DNA of 64,000 bases from Paragordius varius (taxonomy: Eukaryota > Animalia > Nematomorpha): the NCBI GenBank assembly GCA_964247055.1, contig OZ176051.1, positions 1,488,001 to 1,552,000 on the forward strand, written 5' to 3'. Of the stretch, positions 50,701 through 62,612 are shown one piece after another; positions within the stretch are counted from its first letter, which is position 1, and each line of letters opens with the position of its first letter. The notes below the pieces were generated by a model. That model searched no databases. It saw only the letters and a program-made list of their open reading frames with translations, and had not been told where the DNA came from. Both the position numbers and the translations under genes were made by a program.

Positions 50701-53459
50701 GAATTATTTCCGTACAAAACACAATACTTTATATTAATGCAATAAGGCGATAAATAAAATTGATACTTAAAAGGCCGTTTTTTTGTTCAAAAACAGTACA
50801 GCAAATTTTCATTAGTAAAAACTCGAAAAACAGTTATATTAATTTAAAAATAGAGTTATTTCCGGACAAAACACACTACTTTATTTAAATGGAATATTTT
50901 TTTAAAAAAGATATAGATTAACCAATGTTGCTTTTAACAAAAATGTTATTGGTTTTCTTAAAAAAAGATGTTATCTATGATTGAAAAATATAGTTTATAA
51001 TGAATAGTTACCAATATTATTAATATATGTAGAATTTTTACAATAAATACAGAGAAGCTAAAAAATAAAAAAAGAAATAATTTTAATATGAAATTCGTAA
51101 AAATTATTGCTAATTTAATTTATTAATTACCCTAATTGCTTGGGTGGGTGATTTTGTTCCATTACAGATTTCTTCCTTTATTGTTAAGGAATCGTGAGGT
51201 TGTTGCACCCTAAAACAATATAATCAGATATTATTTTTATATACAATCTACAATTCAAATTCACCTTTGAACAATTTATTTCACTCTCGAACAATTCAAA
51301 TTCACCCTAAAATAAATTATATATTTTTAAAATTAAACTATTTTTAAATATTTTTGAAAAATAAATTTATAATGTAAATCAAAATATATTGAAAAAATAT
51401 AAACTATGCCATAAAGATATATATATTAATAATGAGTTATATTGGTTCGAAAACACATAATTATATTTAGGGTAAATTTGAACTGTAAATGGTATATAAA
51501 ATATAATATTATCATAATATTCATTATTTTGAAGCAAGATATTGATACCAACGGTTTATTATTAATTAAAAGTTGAATAAATCCATATAAAAATTATAAA
51601 TTAAACATATTATCGATTCTTATAGTAAGATTACTCCATATTTTTAATATGAAAACAAAACGATTAATGTCAATTTGACTTTCTTTAATTTCTTTGTTTT
51701 GTTTCTATTCAATTGCACTCTAAAATACCATTTTTTATCAGTGTTTAAGGAATAAAATTAATATGGATAATAAATGAAATAAATATATACATTGTAGCAT
51801 TTGGTGATTCCTGTTCAGTTGTTAAAACGATATTAGGGTCGTGTTCGTCTTTGGACAAAGTTTTTACGATAACTGGCGATGTTTCAGATTCCATAATTTC
51901 TGTATTTCCAGTTCCCCCCTCTAACTCCATAGAATCATCTAGAAAGATTTTATTATAATATATTTTTACCACACTTATTATTAAAAGTTTATAAAAATTA
52001 AACAAAAAATGTAAATGGAGGATAAAATGAAAACTCTATTTTATAGACCTTGACTTACTTAAGTAGGATATTGTTTTGAGTTGCGAAACAAGAACAGATA
52101 TAAATTTACGACTAAATTTTATTTCAAAATAGAAATCAGAAATTTCAAAATCAAAAAAATTACCCTCATGAGACAAAAGAGTAGAAGACGGTTGTGATTT
52201 ATCGATTGGCAAAAGTCCTAAATGCGATCTGACGCGTTTCAAGAAACCTTGCGTCCCACTGGCATAAACATCCAATGCTAATTGATATGCCATTAAAACA
52301 TCCTTCTAAACATTGATTTTACATGGAAATTTTAATTAATATTGTATAAAAATTTGTGATTTTCGTGCTTGAAAACATTTATAAGCATATTTTTTACATT
52401 GAAAATATTAGGATTTATGAAGTTATAAACTTTAAAAAAGAATAAATACCTTATTTTTAGATTTGACAAGTTTCAATATGATATTGGCCAAAGATTGGGG
52501 ATCATCCAAATATATTAAGCACTGTTAGTTATATATATTTACATATAATGAAATGAAAAATTTTGCATATATTTATTAAAAGGTATGGTATTTTAAAAAG
52601 TTACCTGGCAAATATTAATGTAATCGGGTATATTTTGACTCAAATAAATATTAACAAGTTCCCTCAAAACAATTTTTCGAAATTGGAGATTTTGAGAGAA
52701 GGCAATAGCAAGTTCAAAAGTGTGATTTAACATTTCTTGAACATTGTCCTGAAATGATAAAAAATTTAAATTTTAAGCATATAATAATATTTAATATCTA
52801 AATAAATTAAAATAACCGATTCTATCAGAGCTTTTTGAATAATATCCAAACGCCTGGCTTCGAGTGCAATGCCTATGGCCTAATATACATAAAAAATTAT
52901 AAAGAATGATACGATGAAAAAATATTTATAATTAAATTTTCTTACCTGCTTATATTTTCCATCATCAATACACCTTTGAAACATCCCATCAACCAAATTT
53001 ATAGTGCGTGGATCAATCGTATCATCATTATCATGAGTTTGACGAGAAATTATATAACAATCAAGACATTTGGCTAAAATTAAAATAAAATTTACAAATC
53101 ATAGTTGTGACATATTCACTTGACTCATTTATATTAAATAATTTTCCGGCTTCAAGAGCATAATTAAGAGCTTCACCATATTCTCCCAAATTATAATAGA
53201 CTTTGGAAACAACTAAAGCAGCCAACTCCCTGTATTTAAAGTTTGTATCTTCCTGCAATATTTCACTAAAAATTAAATCTAATAAAACATTTTTGAAATA
53301 TATTCAGATATCTCGGCCCAAAATTCATCCACTAAACTATTCAATTTTAAGAGAGCATAATGACGAAGTTGAATATCTGGCTCGTCTAGCATGGATATAA
53401 TCCCAGCTTTAAATAATTATAAAATCTAAACCTGACGTAGAAAGCAAAAGCGATGCCAT
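41764..53459 (-). CDS. PSMD1: 26S proteasome regulatory subunit RPN2, 29 exons
   Basis: [65 protein letters not shown] repeats, [50 protein letters not shown]-terminal [14 protein letters not shown]. Intron lengths 5' to 3': 25, 23, 22, 66, 68, 83, 144, 225, 581, 856, 227, 299, 324, 257, 384, 345, 669, 632, 492, 296, 543, 117, 378, 471, 211, 295, 64, 263. Confidence 0.97.
50288..50895. repeat. Tandem array, 4 x 152 bp, in PSMD1 intron 10
   Basis: Units start AAGGCGATAAATAAAATTGATAC at 50288, 50440, 50592 and 50744. Copies nearest the exon are near-identical and distal ones diverge. Confidence 0.95.
51244..51492. mobile_element. Degraded copy of the 59507 MITE in PSMD1 intron 9
   Basis: Right end GAACTGTAAATGG|TATA, AACAATTCAAATTCACC subrepeats, and a shared core AATAATGAGTTATATT-GTTCGAAAACACATAATT. 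Confidence 0.75.
53074..53095 (-). other. Tiny intron, 22 nt (GTAAATTTTATTTTAATTTTAG), PSMD1 intron 3
   Basis: Joins ..TMI-S-KCLD, aligning with conserved IIAKCID; A at -8. Confidence 0.9.
53266..53288 (-). other. Tiny intron, 23 nt (GTTTTATTAGATTTAATTTTTAG), PSMD1 intron 2
   Basis: Joins ..EYISK-I-EILQED, aligning with conserved VDKIEVLYED; A at -8. Confidence 0.9.
53407..53431 (-). other. Tiny intron, 25 nt (GTTTAGATTTTATAATTATTTAAAG), PSMD1 intron 1
   Basis: Joins ..STS-A-GIISML, aligning with conserved TSAAGIISLL; A at -8. Confidence 0.88.
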
Positions 53460-56400
53460 TGTGTTATAAATGGTGTTGGACAGATGCAAATATTTATAGT
53501 GAAAAAGGGGCATAAAAATAAAACATTTTTTATATTGTGATAGCATCTCACAGCAAACTTATATTAATAATTAGTTGATTACAAATTAAGTCATGCCATG
53601 GATTTTATGTCAAAAACAATATTTTGTGAAGTGTCAAATAGGCCTAATCCATATTAACATTTTTATTTTTGTGCAAACTATGACATATTATTGTAATATA
53701 TCCCAGAGTATCTTAAAGATATATTTACATATTTATATATATATATATATATATAAAGAAAATGTATCAGGATAAATGGTGCTTTTTGTTGGTCCTTACG
53801 AATTTAAAGTATTTTACACTTTGTCTAAATTGCGTTTAATTGATTAATTTGTGCATTGTTGATGCTGAACCATTCTGTTGCTTTAGAATTTTAATTTAAA
53901 GGTTTGTTTACTTTCAATTTTTAGTAATTTTTATTTATAAAAACCAAATTTATGTTTGACATAAACTTGAGACAAATGAACTTAATCGAAATTCTTAGGT
54001 GATAAAGATGTTAGGCCTCATCTAATACTATGAAAATTGTTATTAATATTTAAAGGTGTTTTTTTACCAATCATGCCTAAGTAGTAAGAAGTACGCTTTA
54101 ACAAAACTTCTCTAAAAATATATTTTTTCTAAAATTAACATTTTTCACAAAATATATTTTTTTATCCAAACTTAGCATATTTACTAAATGCGTTCCGGCA
54201 TTTTCCCGTTTTAAGAGAATCAGCGCGTTTAAAAAAGCAAAAAATTTCGAAAAATTGGGGGCCCACATCTGAAAATTAATTATAAAAATATTTTTCTGCT
54301 TTTTATAGATAGATTATTATATATTTTAGTGATATTTTTTGGAATGATACATTTAGTTTTCATCATAAAAATTTCATTACGAAAGATGTGCTCGAATTTC
54401 GCTATCTTCTGATGTACTTACCACAAAAGTATAAATAACTTTCTTATAACACTCGTAAGTCCCAAAAGCACCATGAGACCCCTGATACAATTTTCTATCG
54501 GAATATATATAATTTCATTATAATATTTTTGTGTACATTTCGTTAGTTCATTAAGCCTATATTTACAGTTTTGTGACTTCTAGATAACATTCAGCCTTAG
54601 ACGATTGAAACAAACAGCTGGTATTGAAGTCAATTTATATCAAGTTTGTGCTGGAAAATGTAGACTGAACGCTTCTTAAGCTTAAAGTGTTTTTATACCG
54701 TTCCACCATGCCTAAAAATACCATAAAACTTGCTTCACAAAATTTTGTTATAAATTAAATTATTAAGGAAAATATACAGTTTTTCGGAAATTTTTTTTTC
54801 GCTATCAATCAGCTAGTATTAAATTTTTATCCAATTTAAACCGTTTCGCCTTTATTTTGAGAGAACCAGCTCATTTTAATGGGTGCAAAAATATGATATT
54901 TTTAGAACCTTTATTTAAATTTTTTTATAAAAATGGTTTTGCTTTTTTATGTCGTTTATGATATATTTTAGAAATATTTATAAAATGGTACCTTTAGCTT
55001 TTACCAAAAATAATTTTGACCAAATATGCGCAATTTTGCCATTTTCTATTATGGAGCAGTACCAACAAAAGTGTAAATAACAATCACTCATAAGGGCCAA
55101 ACCAAAAACACCGTATCAAAAAATATATTTTATTAGTAATTTTTGTGGACACTGTGTTATGTAGTAGCTGTCTAAACCCGAGCTTAATCTTATAAAACTA
55201 TTGTTTCTCTTAAGGTTCAATTATATTTTTTCCTTACTTATTTTTGTTGGTTTTTAACTTTGAAAGTCTCAAATTTTGAATAACTCTAGCACTTGAATAA
55301 AACAAACATCTGATTATAAAAATCGTAAGTATTAAATTTCTGCTAGGCTTAAATTTATATACCTGTTGGTTTGACTTTGAACACTTCCTGACCTTTTGTT
55401 TTATATCCCAGAGCGATTATATAATAAAATTCCTAAAGAGTATATAAGGTATTAGGCTGAAATATTATTTTTGGCCTTTCAAGCTCATAATACAAAAATA
55501 TTTTATTGAAAAATATATTGTAAAAATATCTTCATGTGATACTCTTTCGCATTTTTTATATTTTTCAAATCAATATAGAGAAACAATGTTTCATAGCAAA
55601 AATGTAAATAATTAACCTTAGTAAGCCTCTAAGTTGCATTTTACCAATTAAAACTTGATATTTTTATTTTAAAATCAGCTTTGTCCTAATTTTAGTCTCT
55701 AGAAGTTCCAAAACTAAAAAAATATAGGTCTTTTTAATACAGGACAACAATGTTTAATAATTAAATTTTAACTCAAATAACTTAAAAACAGTATTTTATA
55801 TAAAAGATTGAGCTCTGTTATATAACTATCCCAATATGTCATCGCGGACAAGAAATTGAAAAGGTAGTTAAAAAGAGAAAAAATGGCGGTGAAAATGTTT
55901 GAGATGAGAGTTTTTTTGCATTTTCACACTTTTTTAAAAGTTGATTTCATGCGCCTGAAATTTAACTACACATATTATATATTTCTTATATAATTATTGA
56001 GAATTAAAATCACTCTAGGATAAAAAAACTCTCTTAAAAGGTAATAAAGTGTTTAAGAATAATTTGGTTAACATCTGTGCCAGTTTTATTAATATTCTAA
56101 TATCGAGAAAAAAAAGATTTTACAGTTTAATAATTTAAAGAGTCTAAAGTTGGAAAAGATCTTAAACCCTAGTTAAACCAACATCTTAAAGCATTTAATT
56201 AATTTTGATCATAATTTGGTATTTGTATGCCACTATCTTAAGCAATTCATTAAAAAAAGAAATGGCGGCTTTCTAATTTTCAAATTAAAATGTTTTGAAT
56301 TTAAAGGCCAGAGAATGTATAATTCAAAATCTGGCCTTATATTATTGATATTATTTAAGTATTTTGATATAAAATGGCTCTGGGCCAGGTCTTAATGAAG

Positions 56401-58540
56401 TATATGTTTGAGTAATATGGCTATTATAAGGCGTTTGTTTTAGTCCCAAGCTCTCAAATGTATCTTAAGCATTTATTTATACGTTTTTCAGCACATTCTT
56501 ATACATGCAGACAACATATTCTGTAATATTATAAAATTCAAAATTTTTATCATGCTTTTGGTTTTAAACGAGTGATTTTACAAAGATACGACTTTGCGGT
56601 TATTGCTCCATATCGAAAATTGTAAAAGTAACGTTGTGTAAATTAATTCTTTTACGAAAGCGTAATACTTTATTACAAAATATAATATTGAAATGTTTAA
56701 ATATGATGATCATATTCGGCAAACTGATACAACATCGATGCATCCAATTAAAGATATATTTTAACCATTTTAAGTTACTTGTAAACAAAGCAGGGCTACA
56801 TATTTTTTGCGCCTACTCCCGCGCACTTATATTATTCTCATGTTTTAAAATTAATATATCGATAATTAATTTTTCAAGTGTAATAGATTGCCCGCGAAAG
56901 TTATGGCTGTTAATGCAATCTTAAGATTTCTCTTTCTTTTTAAAATTTGTCTATAATATAAGATTGCCTAACCATGTATTATATAATAACTGAAATCAAT
57001 ACTTATGTGACACCTCGAAAACGCTAACTCAATGGCCTAATCCATATCTGTGCGGACTTTATAAATATCAAAACGTAACAAATTCTAATTTTCATATTAT
57101 ACCAACATAAGATATTTAGTGGGTAAAAGTATTTGTTTATCTAGACGGTTTCCTAGTGGCTTTAGAGATAAATACTGAATAAATGAACGGTTAGAATAAT
57201 TTAAACGATGATCAACGAATGGAATATTATAGTTCTATTAATGGGTTACGCTTAATCAATAGTAAAATCTAACCACTAATAGGACAGAATTTGGCTCTTT
57301 GGGACTTTTAAACTTCCTAAAACGATTTGCTTGATTTTTGTCAAGTATTTAAATACAAAAACTCCAAATCTACACGACAATGGCACTGGATATCTAAATA
57401 AAAATCCTGACAAAGAATTTTGATAAAACACCGTTCCACACAGAATATATTAAAACATGCATCCCATAAGCGTTTTAAAGCAATATTAACTTTTTCCACG
57501 ATAAATCAGGAGAACCCAATTAGTAAAAAGCGTAATTAAATGGCCTATTGACGTAAAAGCACTATAAATATATAACTTAGCAATCGAAAACCACCAAAAA
57601 AAGATTTCCTAGGAACCAATATGTATCGGAATATCAAAACATTTCCTTAAAGATACCTCATTATTGATATCGAAAAATGCCTAAAATTATGCGATAATTA
57701 TCGCACAACCTTTTTAAAAGTCTAACTCCCGGTTTCTGTGAATGTCAAAATATTCAATTAAATATAATAACAATACTCTATATTAAAAAGGGAACTAGTT
57801 TAAATTAAAAAATTATCTTTCATTTAAAACAAAAGCCTTTTTTTCCCTAATTTAAAATAATTGTGGTAATGTCATTTAAATGGACTTTAGAGCTTTGCTA
57901 AATAAACCGATCATTTAGACTAAAACCAACTATGGACCTTTGAATGAATTTTATCAGCTATAATTATTCAATTATAAATCCTTTTAAACCAATAATATAA
58001 AAGAATTGTTACAAAAGTTTCAATCAATTATATATATATTTTTATAAATACGCAACATTGATAAGTTTTAAAAAGGGAAACAGAAAAATAAAAAACACAC
58101 AAGTCCTATGTTGCAAGCTTATCGATTTGTTTGTCAATAACATATAACCTCGTGGATTATTTTGAATTCGTTGATTTACATCAAAAAGCTTTTCAAGAAT
58201 TTGCACAATTATTTGAATTTAACTTGAAATCCAAGCCAGGTAAATTATTAAAAAGTATTTTATTTTGTTATATTTACGTTAATTTTTGTAAATTTAATTT
58301 ATTTACACGTCTACTTTTGGCAGCAAGGAAAATTTTACAATTTTTCTCAGAATTTTCGCCAAAGATATTTTTTGCCAATTTTTATAGACTTGATCCAATA
58401 TACTTTATAATAAGTGGAATATATATTAAAAGTTATTTATTTAATTAAATTTCATCAGATATAACTCTATTTTTACAGGTATATTACAAAAGTTTTTTAT
58501 TCCAAACGTTGATGTTTTTACAAAATTTTTTAGGTCCAAG

Positions 58541-61500
58541 ATGTCAAACACTAATCAAAAGTCTGCAAATAAAATAAGCAGCGATATTGATTATGCTTCA
58601 ATTACAAAACCATTTACTAAAACTACCAATGGTGGACCTGCTGGTATAAAATCCAATATGAGAATGATTTTGGATTGCCTTACGGCCTCGAACCCGCCTG
58701 AAGAATTCATAAATCTTATTGTAAATGAATGTGACATTATCTTTGAATGTAAAATGTGCAGATCTTTGCATCGAGCTTTGCCAAATTTTTTGGCACACAA
58801 AAGGTAAAAATATATTTAACCATCTTGAAACATATTTATACACGTTAATTTTTATTGTTAAACTGGTCCTTTTATAATTTGCTTTCTAATATGCATTTAC
58901 AGGGTTGATATTCTAATTGTTTAATAGATTAAAGGTATGAATTTATATCTTAATGCCTTTAAATTCTTAAGAAATTCATTTCTTTTGGCATTAAATAAGA
59001 CTTTAGCATCGAACTTATACATATCTTTAAGCATTTTAAAAACTTTTTAGATTAACTATTAACACTCCATTGCATTTTTATTTTTTTTGCGCTTGATGAC
59101 ATTTTTGGGAAGTTTATATCCTCATAATCTTATAACTAAACTATTGTTTATAAAGTAATTATCAAATGGTTCGCCGGTATTAGATAAAAAGCTTAAAATT
59201 ATTTGGTTTTTTTTAAAATCTAGAATCTAAAATTGGGAAGCCAAAACTTGATTTAAATAAACAGTTAATTTTATCGATTGTTATCAAGTGTTTGCTGATA
59301 AATTGTTACCTGAAAGCTTTATAAAATTTATGATTTGCATTTTCAAGCATAATATGCATTTATAGATTTCAAAAACCGCTGCGAAAAAGTTTGAGATGAG
59401 ACTTTTTTTACAATTTGACATTTTTTTAAAAAATATTTTTTGAAGCATGCGCCTAAAAAGCTAAAGACAGCATATTTTTAATTAGGCTTAATACCTTTTA
59501 AATATACCATTTACAGTTCAAATTCACCCTTGAACAATTCAAATTCACCCTCAAACAATTCAAATTCACCCTCAAATAAACATGTTTTTTAAGATTAAAA
59601 ATTACCTATATTTTAATATATTTTTAAAAAATAAAATTTTGTTTTAAATTAAAATAATACTGAAAAAAATAATTAATTATGCCATAAAAATATATTTTAT
59701 ATTAATAATGAGTTATATTAGTTCGAAAACACATAATTTATTTTTAGGGTGAATTCGAATTGTTCGGTGAATTTGAATTGTTCGAGGGCGAATTTGAATT
59801 GTTTAAGGTTGAATTTGAACTGTAAATGGTATACTTTATCAAAAATTCAAATTCTAAATCACTCTGTGATATAAGACTGCTTTAAAAGGTAATGAAGTGT
59901 TAATGTACAAGTTTTAATTTAAAATAATTGTATACCTACATAAATAGACCTCAAATTTTATTTTAATGCATTAGATTTTACTGTCAAGATTTGTACCAAG
60001 ACCACGGTAAACGATCCATAGACGTGGCTTGTGAAACGAAAGTTAATCAAACCAATTGGGCTTCTTTCGTCCGAACTCATTATCAATCGGCCATGAATAA
60101 ACGAAAACGTGAAGCCAAACAGAATGAAGAAGATACATCTAATAATACGACACATCCATCTTCTAATAAAGCAGAAATAATTCAAAGTAATTGTATCTTA
60201 CAGACAAATACTCCTGCTACCACATTAGAAAACTTATTAACTTTAAATAAAACAACAACAAATACGACTTTAAACCATGTAAATTGGTCAAAAACTAATG
60301 GTAAAATGCCCTTTTTGGATGGTACACACAACATTCAATCAAACACGCTGCCACATGAAATGAAACAAGACTTGACAAAATGTACAGTAGATATATTATT
60401 ACCAAAGGTCAGTCGTCATCAATCTGATGTTAATCAAATTGTTACACGTAATAAACGGAAATCTAGTGTCCCACAAAATATATCAAGCATAAAAACATCC
60501 ATAACATTTGAAAGTCCTCCCCCTTCTAAAACAAACAACAATACACTTGTAAAATCTTTCCCTGACCACAAAAAACAAAATATTTCGCCACCATCTCCTC
60601 CTCCCAACAGAACTAGAAATCATCGTTCATCATTCGATTCTTTGTCTCCTGTAACAACGGATACAAGCAATTCCTTACCGTTTGTTAATATGCCCAAATT
60701 AATTATAACGACTGAGGAGGGTGGGATCTCCTCTGATAATCCAAAAAGTTTTATTACATGTGTAGCGTGTGGAGACACTTTTGAAACCGATGAATCTGCC
60801 ATAAAACATATAAGCTCCATACATTTAACAAATAATCCCGTAATAAATTATAAACTAAAGTGTCCCCTCTGCGCAAATCACATGGCTAATTTGAGCCTAA
60901 TGAATTCACACGTCAAAGCTTTCCATCGACGTAAAGGCGGATTTTCCGAACTATATAACATTATTGAACAAACGAACTCTGGAAAACTGTATACCAGGTT
61001 GGTGCCTTCTAGATCAGCTTCTGCCACTCGCAGAGAAAGAAAACAGCAATTTACAAATTTGACGAGAGTAGAAAATAACAAATTAATGCCATTAACTCAA
61101 AACGCTCTTCAACTACAAGATCAAATAGGTCTCACTCTATCGGAGGAATCGAGCCAATCATCATCCCAAAATGCAGATAACACCAATCATATTCGCACTT
61201 ATACCTGCCCTCACTGTCGAAAAGTGTTTAAAATTAAACGGTTACATACACAACACAAAACGATATGTGCCAAAAATAATTGTTACAAACTAGATTTCAT
61301 TCGCAATAACAACTCTACAAATAATGGTGATAGCCTTGTCTTATCTCCCACCACGCCATCCTCTATTCTAAACAAATTATCTGGCATAGATACCATTCGC
61401 AAATTACAAGCGGATCCCGTGTTTGCTAAAAAAAAATTTAACGAAATTTTTGATCCCTTATCTGTAGCGTTAGAAAGCACATCCATTCCATCCACTACGG

Positions 61501-62612
61501 GTCGTAACAATAAAAACTCACCGAGCAATAATAATATTTACAATCTATTTGATATAAACCAATTGCTTTGTCGGCTGTGTGGTAAACGATTACGGAATAA
61601 TTACACATTATTTAAGCACGTTTCCAGGCATTTTGGTCTTTTTAGGTTTCGTTGCGACATTTGTCTGTTTGGCACATATGATAAAGCTGATCTTTACGGC
61701 CACATGTACCATCATGACGGTTATAATAAAAATCCGGATAAGGCTCTGTCAGATCTTAGAAATATACCCATTTCCCAGCAAAATTGTTCAAATTCTCTAA
61801 TCGATTTTGATGAGGTACAAAGAGAATTAAACAGTAAGACATCTGATAAAATGATATCTGAAAAGAAAAATAAAAAAATATCTCCGAAAAAGATTGCAAA
61901 AATACAACCACCCCGTACTAAGGCCCCAATTGTCCAGAGTAATCAACAATCAAACCTTACAAATAACCCTAAAGCCAAACCTGTCGTATATAACCACAAT
62001 AAATCTTATTTAAAAAATAAATCATTAAGAAATCGAAAAAAACTTAAAAGTTTTACAGCTTTCAAGCTACCGCCCAATGCTAATATAACAACATCGAATG
62101 CAAATATTAATTGCCAAGTACCGATATCATTTTCCCTTTCAAAAATACCTTTGATCGAATTAACTAAAGCGAGTGTTGATAATTCCTCTTCCATATTGAA
62201 CACAAAAGTAAAAGAATCACCATTATTAAACACACTTTCTCATAATTCTCCAACAACTTTAACGGCAGATATGGGGGATTATTCGCAAAAAACTTCCCTG
62301 GTTGATTCTCAGAATGAAATATTTTTGGGAATTACAGATTCAATAATTTCCCTTTCCAGTTTACAGCAAGCACAGACCCAAGAAGCTATTAAAGAAGAGA
62401 CAGAATTAGTTTCATCAACTGTTATTACTTCTGCCAAAACGAGCCTTGTCTCAACGTTTCCCCATCCCTCCTCAAAAATTAAGGTCGAGTCCGAAACTCT
62501 GTCTTCGCCCCCAGAGAAGCGACAAGGCGTCCTTGCAGCTCGTAAAAAGTTTGAAAGAGCTCTTGCAGGTCTAACCTCTGGCAAAAGTGCTGGAAATGAA
62601 ATTACATCATAA
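58541..62612 (+). CDS. ZNF800: ZNF800-like C2H2 zinc-finger protein, 2 coding exons (58541-58803, 59975-62612)
   Basis: ECDIIFECKMCRSLHRALPNFLAHKR|FYC matches the ZNF800 N-terminal finger ([29 protein letters not shown]). Further fingers: CVACGDTF, CPLCANHM, CPHCRKVF, CRLCGKRL, CDICLF. The intron is 1171 nt. Confidence 0.75.
59507..59829. mobile_element. MITE with CCATTTACAGTTCAAATTCA TIRs, TATA flanks and 21-bp subterminal repeats
   Basis: TATA|CCATTTACAGTTCAAATTCA ... TGAATTTGAACTGTAAATGG|TATA, with AACAATTCAAATTCACCCTCA units repeated in both arms. It lies in the ZNF800-like intron. Confidence 0.85.

Noticed and set aside
50288-50895. CRISPR-like or satellite-coded ORF interpretation of the arrays
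   Set aside because: The repeats are contiguous with no unique spacers, and the context is a eukaryotic intron.
30699-53459. U12-type (minor) introns
   Set aside because: None of the modelled donors matches RTATCCTT and no AT-AC boundaries were needed.
58432-58533. Candidate tiny 5'-UTR introns upstream of the ZNF800-like ATG (20-27 nt options)
   Set aside because: There is no reading-frame constraint to support them and none has A at -8; they cannot be called without RNA data.
663-62612. Stop-codon reassignment (ciliate-like code) as the explanation for interrupted frames
   Set aside because: All complete models end in TAA or TAG, conserved Trp and Gln use standard codons, and the interruptions are resolved by GT-AG introns.
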